DNA of 41,547 nucleotides from a virus (Duplodnaviria; Heunggongvirae; Uroviricota; Caudoviricetes): IMG/VR virus record IMGVR_UViG_2529292882_000020, positions 1 to 41,547 of that record; one strand, 5' to 3'. Shown piece by piece: positions 9,281 to 17,466 of this stretch (position 1 is its first letter; each line of letters starts with the position of its first letter). The notes under the pieces were generated by a model. It saw only the letters and a program-made list of their open reading frames with translations, ran no database searches and was not told where the DNA came from. The position numbers and the translations under genes were made by a program.

Positions 9281-9769
9281 ATGAGTCTGTTAAATGACGT
9301 TCAGAAATTCATTGAAGCCCATCCGGGGTGTACTTCCGGAGACATTGCAGATGCTTTTGCTGGTTACTCACGGCAGCGCGTTCTGCAGTCAGCAAGCAAG
9401 TTACGTCAGAGTGGGCGTGTGGCTCACCGTTGTGAAGGGGATACACGCAGACATTTCCCGCACCTGACTGAGAGAGCGCAGGAGCCGGAACCACAACCAG
9501 TTCGTGAAACCAGACCTGTGCGCAATTTCTATGTCGGCACTAACGATCCCCAGGTGATTTTGTGCCTGACCCGCCAGGCTGAAGAACTGGAGTCCAGGGG
9601 CTTATTCCGTCGAGCTGCAACGGTGTGGATGGAGGCATTCCGTGAAAGCCACTCCCAGCCAGAACGAAACAATTTTCTGGCGCATCGTGAGCGGTGCTTA
9701 CGGAAAAGCAGCAAGCGCGCTGCATCGGGTGAAGAGTGGTATCTGTCAGGGAATTACGTGGGGGCTTAA
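9281..9769 (+). CDS. PerC-like transcriptional activator family protein (tentative)
   Basis: ATG 9281 with GGGGG RBS; C-terminal ELESRGLFRRAATVWMEAF motif resembling PerC; TAATG coupling to next gene. Confidence 0.4.
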   Translation: MSLLNDVQKFIEAHPGCTSGDIADAFAGYSRQRVLQSASKLRQSGRVAHRCEGDTRRHFPHLTERAQEPEPQPVRETRPVRNFYVGTNDPQVILCLTRQAEELESRGLFRRAATVWMEAFRESHSQPERNNFLAHRERCLRKSSKRAASGEEWYLSGNYVGA

Positions 9770-10422
9770 TGAGTAATAAATATTGCCAGGCGCTGGTGGA
9801 GCTGCGGAACAAACCAGCCCATGAACTGAAGGAAGTGGGCGATCAGTGGCGCACGCCGGACAACATTTTCTGGGGAATTAACACCCTGTTTGGCCCGTTT
9901 GTTCTGGATCTGTTCACTGATGGTGATAACGCCAAATGTGCCGCTTATTACACTGCGGAAGACAACGCGCTGGCGCATGACTGGTCTGAACGTCTTGCGG
10001 AGCTTAAAGGTGCTGCCTTTGGTAATCCCCCGTACAGCCGCGCCAGTCAGCATGAGGGGCAATACATCACCGGCATGCGTTACATCATGAAACATGCCAG
10101 TGCTATGCGTGATAAAGGCGGGCGCTATGTTTTCCTGATCAAAGCTGCCACCAGCGAAGTTTGGTGGCCGGAAGATGCAGACCATATTGCTTTTATTCGC
10201 GGGCGTATTGGTTTTGAACTGCCAGCCTGGTTTATCCCGAAGGATGAGAAGCAGGTGCCGACAGGAGCTTTCTTCGCTGGTGCTATTGCTGTTTTCGACA
10301 AGACCTGGAAGGGACCGGCAATCAGCTACATCGGGCGCGATGAACTTGAGGCATGTGGTGAAGCCTTTCTGGTGCAGGTTCGCCAGCAGGCGGAAAAACT
10401 GGTCAGGGAGATGGCGGCATGA
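9769..10422 (+). CDS. phage DNA N6-adenine methyltransferase (Dam-like)
   Basis: FGNPPYS motif (NPPY catalytic motif IV); ATG at 9769 overlapping upstream stop. Confidence 0.7.
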   Translation: MSNKYCQALVELRNKPAHELKEVGDQWRTPDNIFWGINTLFGPFVLDLFTDGDNAKCAAYYTAEDNALAHDWSERLAELKGAAFGNPPYSRASQHEGQYITGMRYIMKHASAMRDKGGRYVFLIKAATSEVWWPEDADHIAFIRGRIGFELPAWFIPKDEKQVPTGAFFAGAIAVFDKTWKGPAISYIGRDELEACGEAFLVQVRQQAEKLVREMAA

Positions 10423-10745
10423 CGACGTTAACTCAATGCCAGCAGCAGGTGCTGGATATGCTGATTTCTTACCAGAAAGAGCGTGGCTTTCCGCCAACCA
10501 ATCAGGAGGTGGCAACCATGCTGGGATACCGTTCAGTGAATGCAGCGGTAGAGCATCTTCGTGCACTGGAGAAAAAAGGCGTCATCACGATAAAGCGTGG
10601 CGTGGCCCGGGGGATAACGCTTCATACCGCGGTGAAGGACGACGACAGCGAGGCGGTCGGGATTATCCGCGCACTGCTTGCCGGTGAGGAAAACGGCAGG
10701 CTGCGTGCAGCCCACTGGTTACATGAGAGGGGCCTGAAAGTATGA
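10419..10745 (+). CDS. LexA DNA-binding-domain-like protein (winged helix only, no peptidase domain)
   Basis: 108 aa; LTQCQQQVLDMLISYQKERGFPPTNQEVATMLGYRSVNAAVEHLRALEKKGVI matches the LexA N-terminal domain pattern. Confidence 0.5.
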   Translation: MTTLTQCQQQVLDMLISYQKERGFPPTNQEVATMLGYRSVNAAVEHLRALEKKGVITIKRGVARGITLHTAVKDDDSEAVGIIRALLAGEENGRLRAAHWLHERGLKV

Positions 10746-11131
10746 AGCTGATCCTGCCTTTCCCGCCCAGCGTGAACTCGTACTGGCGACACCCCAACAA
10801 AGGGGCGTTTGCAGGTAAGAGCCTGATAAGCGCGGCGGGGCGCAAATTCCAGAGCGCGGCGTGTGCAGCAATAGTTGAGCAGTTACGTCGTCTGCCGAAA
10901 CCAACGTCGGCACCTGCTTCAGTGGAGATCGTGTTGTTTCCTCCGGATAACCGGATCCGCGATCTGGACAACTATAACAAGGCGCTGTTTGACGCCCTGA
11001 CCCACGCGGGTGTGTGGGAAGACGACAGTCAGGTGAAAAGAATGCTGGTGGAGTGGGGACCGGTTATCCCGGAAGGGAAGGTCGAGATCACTATCAGTAA
11101 GTACGAGAAACCGGCGGGTGCAGCCGCCTGA
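10742..11131 (+). CDS. rusA: RusA-family Holliday junction resolvase
   Basis: 129 aa; PPSVNSYW...DLDNYNKALFDAL motifs. Confidence 0.8.
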   Translation: MKLILPFPPSVNSYWRHPNKGAFAGKSLISAAGRKFQSAACAAIVEQLRRLPKPTSAPASVEIVLFPPDNRIRDLDNYNKALFDALTHAGVWEDDSQVKRMLVEWGPVIPEGKVEITISKYEKPAGAAA

Positions 11132-11150
11132 TTAAGAGGAGAAACGAAGT

Positions 11151-11948
11151 ATGAATAATCTGATGGTCATTGATGGTATTGAAGTTCGTCGTGATGCTTA
11201 TGGTCGTTACAGCCTGAACGATCTGCACAGGGCTGCCGGTTCTCTGGATAAGCATAAGCCTGCATTCTGGCTCCGCAATGAGCAAACTGAACGTTTAATA
11301 AGCGAGTTGCAGATTTGCAACTCGGTCAATATAGAGCCAGTTAACGTTATTCGTGGCGGAAATAACCAGGGGACGTATGTCTGCAAAGAACTGGTGTATG
11401 CCTATGCAATGTGGATCAGCCCGTCATTCCATCTGAAGGTGATCCGTACTTTCGATATGGTAACCAGCGCACCGGAAAAATTATCCGGACAGGCTGCTGA
11501 CAAGATGCAGGCTGGTGTGATTCTGCTGGACTTTATGCGCCGGGAATTAAACCTGTCTAACTCATCAGTGCTTGGAGCCTGTCAGAAGCTTCAGGAGGCT
11601 GTTGGCTTACCGAATCTGGCACCGCGCTATGCCATTGATGCTCCTGCTGATGCACTCGATGGCTCAAGCCGCCCTACGCTATCATTGAGTGCACTGCTGA
11701 AGCAGTATGGTATCCGCCTTACGGCTAATCAGGCATATCACCAGATGGTGAAGCTGGGGATCGTCGAACAGCGCGAACGATACAGCCGTACCGCGATTAA
11801 CAACATCAAAAAATTCTGGTCGCTAACAGCGAAAGGCTGCATGTTCGGCAAGAACATCACCAGTCCCGCAAATCCGCGCGAGACGCAGCCGCACTTTTTC
11901 GAATCCCGATTCCCTGAGCTATTAAAGCTGCTCGCTACCGTTCATTGA
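11151..11948 (+). CDS. KilA-N domain protein (antirepressor-like)
   Basis: 265 aa; N-terminal GIEVRRDAYGRYSLNDLHRAAG resembles the KilA-N fold. Confidence 0.5.
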   Translation: MNNLMVIDGIEVRRDAYGRYSLNDLHRAAGSLDKHKPAFWLRNEQTERLISELQICNSVNIEPVNVIRGGNNQGTYVCKELVYAYAMWISPSFHLKVIRTFDMVTSAPEKLSGQAADKMQAGVILLDFMRRELNLSNSSVLGACQKLQEAVGLPNLAPRYAIDAPADALDGSSRPTLSLSALLKQYGIRLTANQAYHQMVKLGIVEQRERYSRTAINNIKKFWSLTAKGCMFGKNITSPANPRETQPHFFESRFPELLKLLATVH

Positions 11949-11949
11949 G

Positions 11950-12249
11950 GTGACCGTGAGAGCACTACTGACCCCTGAAATTGCCCCGCGTATGGGGATC
12001 GTATTGTTCAGACCAGGTTCAGAGCTGATGCCCTTGTTTATGCAGGGGCGTGTCCTGCTGGAGCCTGAGCCGGAACGTTATTCATCTTTCGCCAGTGGTG
12101 CCGTTCCGGCAGCATCACAACCGCTGGCGGATGATCCTGCCGTTCCGGCAGCATCACAACCGCTGGCGGATGATCCTGCCGTTCGGGCCGTGTTCCGCAA
12201 TGAGGCAGTGATCCGTCGTGCTGGTGGAGTGGAATGTCTTGAAAGCTAG
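11950..12249 (+). CDS. hypothetical protein carrying a 13-aa tandem repeat (VPAASQPLADDPA x2)
   Basis: GTG-initiated ORF; contains the 39-bp tandem duplication. Confidence 0.3.
   Translation: MTVRALLTPEIAPRMGIVLFRPGSELMPLFMQGRVLLEPEPERYSSFASGAVPAASQPLADDPAVPAASQPLADDPAVRAVFRNEAVIRRAGGVECLES
12100..12189. repeat. 39-bp perfect tandem duplication (about 2.3 copies) GCCGTTCCGGCAGCATCACAACCGCTGGCGGATGATCCT
   Basis: copies at 12100-12138 and 12139-12177, partial third copy to about 12189. Confidence 0.85.
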
Positions 12250-12303
12250 TTACTTCGTGAAAAAGGCTGCCAGTGGCCTCATTCCGACTGGCACAGCGAG
12301 AAC

Positions 12304-12984
12304 ATGACCACAATGCGACACGCGCCGGGCGCAATCCGTCTGTGCTGGCACTGCGATAACCAGCTGCGCGATCAGTTCACGGAACGGCTGGAATCAATGG
12401 CAACGGATAACTGTGCCCGCTGGATGTTGTCTGTTGTGCGTCGGGATCTCGGTTTTGATGATAGTCACGTTGTGACAATGCCGGAACTATGCTGGTGGCT
12501 GGTTCGTAATGACCTGGCGGATGCCTTACCGGAAAGTGCAGCCCGTAAGGCACTGAGATTACCGAAGCCTGTTGTGCCGTCTGCCACCCGGGAAAGTGAC
12601 CTTGTTCCTTCGGTTCCTGCCACCAGCATCATCCAGGATAAAGCGAAAAAGGTGCTGGCGCTGAAAGTGGATCCGGAGTCGCCGGAGTCTTTTATGTTAC
12701 GCCCCAAACGTCGCCGCTGGGTTAACGAAAAGTACACGCGCTGGGTTAAGACGCAGCCGTGCGCATGTTGTGGAAAGTCTGCTGATGATCCTCACCACCT
12801 GATAGGTCACGGTCAGGGAGGAATGGGGACAAAAACGCATGACCTCTTTGTGTTGCCTTTGTGCAGAAAGCATCACGACGAGCTGCATGCAGATACCGTG
12901 GCATTTGAAGAGAAGTATGGCTCCCAGCTGGAGCTGATATTTCGTTTTATCGATCGTGCGCTGGCAACTGGCGTGCTGGCCTGA
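12304..12984 (+). CDS. DUF968-like phage protein with C-terminal HNH-type zinc finger
   Basis: 226 aa; CACCGK...HHLIGHG...PLCRKHHDELH. Confidence 0.5.
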   Translation: MTTMRHAPGAIRLCWHCDNQLRDQFTERLESMATDNCARWMLSVVRRDLGFDDSHVVTMPELCWWLVRNDLADALPESAARKALRLPKPVVPSATRESDLVPSVPATSIIQDKAKKVLALKVDPESPESFMLRPKRRRWVNEKYTRWVKTQPCACCGKSADDPHHLIGHGQGGMGTKTHDLFVLPLCRKHHDELHADTVAFEEKYGSQLELIFRFIDRALATGVLA

Positions 12985-13001
12985 TTTTGTGGAGAAAGTT
13001 G

Positions 13002-13364
13002 ATGCGTGATATTCAGATGGTTCTGGATCGTTGGGGAGCATGGGCGGCGAGTGATAGTTCTGGAGTAGACTATTCTCCTATAGCTGCTGGGTTTAAAGGG
13101 CTTCTTCCCTATACAAGCAAAACACGTCAGGCTTGTTCAGATAGTGATGCATTAATTATTGAAGGTTGTCTTGCTCTTCTTAAGAAGAGAAAACCGTATG
13201 AGCACTCTCTGATTGTGGCTCATTACCTGTATGGCATCTCGAAAAGGAAGATAGCAAAAGCATACAAAAAAGATGAGAAATTGATACGTATAGAGATACA
13301 GTTGGCTGAAGGGTTTATAGATGGTTGTCTCTCGATGCTGGATATTCGTTTAGAAATGGAGTAA
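13002..13364 (+). CDS. late antiterminator Q (type-1 Q, QuuD-like)
   Basis: MRDIQMVLDRWGAWAA...GFIDGCLSMLDIRLEME; located immediately upstream of the lysis cassette. Confidence 0.7.
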   Translation: MRDIQMVLDRWGAWAASDSSGVDYSPIAAGFKGLLPYTSKTRQACSDSDALIIEGCLALLKKRKPYEHSLIVAHYLYGISKRKIAKAYKKDEKLIRIEIQLAEGFIDGCLSMLDIRLEME

Positions 13365-13374
13365 TAAAATTAAG

Positions 13375-13405
13375 GCAGCAACATAGAGTTTAACTTTGTT
13401 GCTGC
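13375..13405. terminator. hairpin (GCAGCAACA / TGTTGCTGC, 13-nt loop) between convergent Q and HNH-like gene
   Basis: seen directly; T-rich tract follows on the minus strand. Confidence 0.35.
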
Positions 13406-13414
13406 GTAACAGAT

Positions 13415-14161
13415 TTAATCTGGCATTATGGTAGATAATTGTGGGCTAGGTTTAACCCCGTAGGTTTCTGATATTCTTTTAACGTTGATACCTACGATTT
13501 TTCTGACAGCTCCCAACGAAAATTCTAACTCTTTAATCCCTGCGTCTTTAGAAGTGTTGTTCATATAATAACGGCATGCTTCTCGAATTGACTTGCAAAC
13601 GATAAATAGAGGTGATTCATCTGGGATTTGAGAAAGCAAAGAGGTCAAACATGTTCTTAACTCTTTGAGTGATTCGGCAACAAAACAGGGGTTTTCAAGA
13701 TGATATTCTACGAACAAAGCCCCTTTATCATCTAATTCATTTATAATCTTTTTTGCCAGATTTCTTTCATCATGCTGTTGAATATATTTCAAAGCATCGA
13801 AGGTAATATTAATCGAACCTTCAAGACAGGAGCTTATAAGGCTTTCATGATCTTTTTTCCATTTTCTTAATACAGGTGCCGGATAGTCTAGCCCCTGATT
13901 CTTATCTATTAATACAGAACAAGTAGCACACAGCCATATGCCATTGTTAATTGACTTCCTTTCTGTTTCTGATTGTGACATGTCATAGCGTGGGCCATCA
14001 GGAGATGCTGCACATATGTGAGCAGCAACTCCTGTCTTGATTGATTTATTGCCATCAATTGATGGGCCAATGGTCAATCTAGGGCATGAAGGGTTTGAAC
14101 AAATGAATGCTGCCCGCTCTGCTAATTTTTTTATAGTGTCTTTAGAAAAATTATGTCGCAT
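13415..14161 (-). CDS. AT-rich cargo protein with N-terminal HNH-like motif (248 aa), function unknown
   Basis: CSNPSCP...GVAAHICAASPDGPRYD...NGIWLCATCSVLIDKN; strand opposite to late operon; about 38% GC versus about 52% in flanking phage genes. Confidence 0.6.
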   Translation of the reverse strand: MRHNFSKDTIKKLAERAAFICSNPSCPRLTIGPSIDGNKSIKTGVAAHICAASPDGPRYDMSQSETERKSINNGIWLCATCSVLIDKNQGLDYPAPVLRKWKKDHESLISSCLEGSINITFDALKYIQQHDERNLAKKIINELDDKGALFVEYHLENPCFVAESLKELRTCLTSLLSQIPDESPLFIVCKSIREACRYYMNNTSKDAGIKELEFSLGAVRKIVGINVKRISETYGVKPSPQLSTIMPD

Positions 14162-14254
14162 GTAGTGAACCCAATATATGAGAAAAATATTACTAACGCG
14201 GTCCGCATTTTATCATGTAATGTGTTAAGAGTGGTTACTTCGCCACACAGCTTA

Positions 14255-14285
14255 AACCCGCCGTCGAGCGGGTTTTGTCGTTTCT
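14255..14285 (+). terminator. tR'-like intrinsic terminator of the short late leader RNA
   Basis: AACCCGC cgtcga GCGGGTT followed by TTTGTCGTTT; sits between Q and holin as in lambdoid late regions. Confidence 0.45.
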
Positions 14286-14427
14286 GGGGCTGGGGATTCG
14301 TTGGTCCTTGCCTATTCCGCAGTTATCCATTGGTTCGGCTTCTTTGACGTTTCCGCTTCTGATTTGCGGTACATGATGTTTCCTCAATTTGCACCTGCTG
14401 TATCAGCGAGGTGAGAGATAACTACAA

Positions 14428-14754
14428 ATGCCTCATAACCCAAATACATGGCTGGAGTTGGTCCAGAGCTGGTGGCGTGGAGACACACCGCTGGGCGCAG
14501 TGATTATGTCGATTGTTATGGCTGGTTTACGTATTGCCTATTTTGGCGGTGGTGGCGGCTGGAAACGAAAAACACTCGAAATTCTACTCTGTGGCGCTCT
14601 GACGCTGACTTTCGCATCCGCTCTTGAGTATGTCGGATGGCCTAAATCACTATCTGTTGCCATTGGTGGTGGGGTGGGGCTGATCGGTGTTGATGCTATT
14701 CGTGGGGCTGCAATGAGAGTAATCGGTAACAAGTTTGGTGGCTCTAAGGAGTAA
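14428..14754 (+). CDS. holin
   Basis: 108 aa; hydrophobic segments; first gene of lysis cassette directly before the R endolysin. Confidence 0.6.
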   Translation: MPHNPNTWLELVQSWWRGDTPLGAVIMSIVMAGLRIAYFGGGGGWKRKTLEILLCGALTLTFASALEYVGWPKSLSVAIGGGVGLIGVDAIRGAAMRVIGNKFGGSKE

Positions 14755-14757
14755 TTT

Positions 14758-15234
14758 ATGCAGGTACTAAATTCCCAGCGTAAAGCTTTCCTGGATATGG
14801 TGGCATGGTCAGAGGGAACGGATAACGGGCGACAACTGACACGTAACCACGGTTATGACGTTATTGTCGGTGGAGAACTCTTCACTGATTACTCCGATCA
14901 CCCTCGCAAACTTGTCACGCTAAACCCGAAACTCAAATCAACAGCTGCAGGCCGTTATCAACTTCTTTCACGCTGGTGGGATGCTTACCGCAAGCAGCTT
15001 GGGTTGAAAGACTTCTCTCCAAAAAGCCAGGATGCTGTGGCATTGCAGCAGATTAAAGAGCGTGGCGCTTTACCGATGATTGATCGCGGCGATATTCGTC
15101 AGGCTATCGATCGTTGCAGCAATATCTGGGCTTCACTGCCGGGCGCTGGTTACGGTCAGTATGAACATAAAATCGGTGACCTGATTGCCCGGTTTAAAGA
15201 GGCTGGTGGGGTGGTAAATGAAGTTGAGCTATAA
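14758..15234 (+). CDS. endolysin (lambda R-type lytic transglycosylase)
   Basis: 158 aa; QRKAFLDMVAWSEGTDNGRQ...NHGYDVIVGGELFTDYSDHPRK, near-identical in pattern to lambda R. Confidence 0.9.
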   Translation: MQVLNSQRKAFLDMVAWSEGTDNGRQLTRNHGYDVIVGGELFTDYSDHPRKLVTLNPKLKSTAAGRYQLLSRWWDAYRKQLGLKDFSPKSQDAVALQQIKERGALPMIDRGDIRQAIDRCSNIWASLPGAGYGQYEHKIGDLIARFKEAGGVVNEVEL

Positions 15235-15679
15235 GCTGGTTATCGCTGTTTTCTTCGTTTCTGTCGTTGGTTCTTTTATCTGTTCAGTGAATCATTACCA
15301 CAATAAAGCTATTGAATACAAAAAGCAGCGTGATGAGAATGCTATGGCATTAGATTCGGCTATGGCGACCATCTCTGATATGCAGAAGCGTCAACGTGAC
15401 GTAGCAGAACTTGACGCCAGATACACAAAGGAGCTTGCTGATGCTAACGCGACTATCGAAAGTCTCCGTGCTGATGTTTCTGCTGGGCGTAAGCGCCTGC
15501 AAGTCGCTGCCACCTGTGCAAAGTCAACGACCAGAGCCAGCGGCATGGGCGATGGAGAAAGTCCAAGACTTACAGCAGATGCTGAACTCAATTATTACCG
15601 TCTCCGAAGTGGAATCGACAAGATAACGGCGCAGGTTAACTACTTGCAGGAGTATGTAAAGTTGCAGTGTTTGCATTGA
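15218..15679 (+). CDS. spanin inner-membrane subunit Rz
   Basis: 153 aa; N-terminal TM segment then coiled coil; lambda Rz-like (AVNHYRDNAI / QRDVAALDAKYTKELADA pattern). Confidence 0.85.
   Translation: MKLSYKLVIAVFFVSVVGSFICSVNHYHNKAIEYKKQRDENAMALDSAMATISDMQKRQRDVAELDARYTKELADANATIESLRADVSAGRKRLQVAATCAKSTTRASGMGDGESPRLTADAELNYYRLRSGIDKITAQVNYLQEYVKLQCLH
15441..15626 (+). CDS. spanin outer-membrane lipoprotein Rz1 (embedded in Rz, +1 frame)
   Basis: signal peptide with lipobox LLGVSAC, Pro-rich mature part; fully nested inside Rz. Confidence 0.7.
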   Translation: MLTRLSKVSVLMFLLGVSACKSLPPVQSQRPEPAAWAMEKVQDLQQMLNSIITVSEVESTR

Positions 15680-15730
15680 CCTTGACTATTTGACAGTTGT
15701 TAAATGTTTTCTCCAAATGGGGAGAGAATG

Positions 15731-16417
15731 ATGAGAATTTTTGGGTGCGGTGTTTTAGTTAGTGTCGTTTATTTCTTTGGCTTAGGTATTACGATCCATG
15801 TTCTTGATTTGAACCAGATGACGTCGTGGAATGAGTTTGGAGATTTTCTTGCTGGTGCATTTTCCCCAGTGGCCTTTTTTTGGCTTGTGCTTGGGTATTT
15901 ACAGCAACAAAAAGAACTACAGCAAAATACTGAAGCGTTAAAGTTACAAGCCACTGAGTTGAAAAACTCAGTCGAACAATATAAAGAGATGGTTTCCGTT
16001 TCTAAACAGCAATTAGAAAATGAATCAATCAAAGCCATGACAGAAAGGCTGGAAAGAGAAAAAGAAACGAAGCCTGATCTATATATGTTGAATCTGGGAT
16101 GGTCAGTTAAAAGTGGTGATCAGTATGAGTATAATTGGTCGGTATTTAGTGATGGTAAAACAGCGAAAAATATAAGCTTAACTTTTGACCCTCCTATCGG
16201 GGAATATAGCTCGCATTTTTTTAGAAGTAGCAATGGCGCAATTAAACTTCCTAAAAATAAAATAAATGCTGGAGATGTGCCTGAACATTTTCGGGTCGTT
16301 TTGACTTATGAGAGTATATTGGGGTATTCGTATGAATCTGAATATCATTATGAGCATGATATGAATGGTATGTATAATTTAATTGATTCTGCTGATTATC
16401 AGCGAACAAAGATTTAA
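15731..16417 (+). CDS. AT-rich cargo membrane protein (2 predicted TM helices + coiled coil + C-terminal domain), function unknown
   Basis: ATG 15731 with GGAGAG RBS; hydrophobic stretches VLVSVVYFFGLGITIHVL and AGAFSPVAFFWLVLGYL; own terminator downstream. Confidence 0.5.
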   Translation: MRIFGCGVLVSVVYFFGLGITIHVLDLNQMTSWNEFGDFLAGAFSPVAFFWLVLGYLQQQKELQQNTEALKLQATELKNSVEQYKEMVSVSKQQLENESIKAMTERLEREKETKPDLYMLNLGWSVKSGDQYEYNWSVFSDGKTAKNISLTFDPPIGEYSSHFFRSSNGAIKLPKNKINAGDVPEHFRVVLTYESILGYSYESEYHYEHDMNGMYNLIDSADYQRTKI

Positions 16418-16460
16418 CTACAGTCGTGGTACTGTCAGAGTAAATTGTTACTATGAATTA

Positions 16461-16484
16461 GCCTCGCATTAGCGAGGCTTTTTA
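16461..16484 (+). terminator. intrinsic terminator (GCCTCGC atta GCGAGGC TTTTT)
   Basis: perfect 7-bp stem plus T-run directly after the cargo membrane protein. Confidence 0.7.
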
Positions 16485-16495
16485 CTGGTGTTTTT

Positions 16496-16846
16496 ATGCC
16501 CCCACGAACCCCAAAAGCCTGCCGCGTTCGCGGTTGCCGCAATACCACTACTGACCCGTCAGGCTATTGTGAAAGCCATAAAAGCGAAGGCTGGAAGCAA
16601 TACAAGCCAGGACAATCTCGTCATCAGCGCGGTTATGGTTCGAAGTGGGATGTTATCCGCGTGCGTGTCCTGAAGCGTGACAAAGGCCTGTGTCAGCTAT
16701 GTCTGCGTGCTGGTGTGGTGCGTGAGGCGAAAACTGTTGACCACATCATCCCTAAAGCGCATGGCGGCACTGATGCCGACTGTAATCTGCAGAGTCTGTG
16801 CTGGCCGTGTCATAAGGCGAAGACGGCCCGTGAACGGTTGAAGTGA
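16496..16846 (+). CDS. terminase-associated HNH endonuclease
   Basis: 116 aa; CxxC...DHIIPKAHGGTDADCNLQSLCWPCH; immediately upstream of terminase genes. Confidence 0.75.
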   Translation: MPPRTPKACRVRGCRNTTTDPSGYCESHKSEGWKQYKPGQSRHQRGYGSKWDVIRVRVLKRDKGLCQLCLRAGVVREAKTVDHIIPKAHGGTDADCNLQSLCWPCHKAKTARERLK

Positions 16847-16971
16847 TAATGATTCTCAACTGCCTGAGGGGAGGGGCGGGTCAAATCCCTGCGGCCTGAC
16901 GTCTTCCGGACTGCCCGCCCCATCGTTTTTTTATACCCGCGAAAAATGAAATTTAACCAGGAGTGCCGCAT

Positions 16972-17466
16972 ATGGCTGGAACGGCGGGGCGTTCCGGGCG
17001 TCGCCCCAAGCCAACGGCGCGCAAGGCGCTGGCCGGAAACCCCGGCAAGCGAGCCCTGAATAAAGATGAACCTGTTTTTACGCCCATCAAAGGTGTTGAG
17101 CCACCGGAGTGGTTCGCTGAAGAAGATCTCCCTCTCGCCACGATCATGTGGCAACTGACAACCAAAGAACTCTGCGGTCAGGGCCTGCTGTGCGTGACTG
17201 ACCTCGCGGTGCTTGAACGGTGGTGCGTGGCCTACGAGTTCTGGCGACGTGCCGTGAAAAATATTGCCAGACAGGGCAACACCATCACCGGTGCAATGGG
17301 CGGTATGGTCAAAAATCCGGAGCTGACCGCCAAAAAAGAACAGGAGTCCGAGATGAGCAGTACGGGGGCAATGCTCGGACTCGACCCCAGCAGCCGCCAG
17401 CGTCTGATTGGCCTGGCGGGGAAGAAGAAAGCCACTAACCCGTTTCTGAAAATTATCGAATCATGA
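16972..17466 (+). CDS. terminase small subunit (P27 family)
   Basis: ATG 16972 after AGGAG; basic N-terminus; precedes large terminase with overlap. Confidence 0.7.
   Translation: MAGTAGRSGRRPKPTARKALAGNPGKRALNKDEPVFTPIKGVEPPEWFAEEDLPLATIMWQLTTKELCGQGLLCVTDLAVLERWCVAYEFWRRAVKNIARQGNTITGAMGGMVKNPELTAKKEQESEMSSTGAMLGLDPSSRQRLIGLAGKKKATNPFLKIIES

Noticed and set aside
13365-14430. Shiga-toxin or other toxin cargo at the Q-S interval
   Set aside because: No stxA/stxB-like ORFs or tRNA genes are present; the only ORF is the HNH-like protein.
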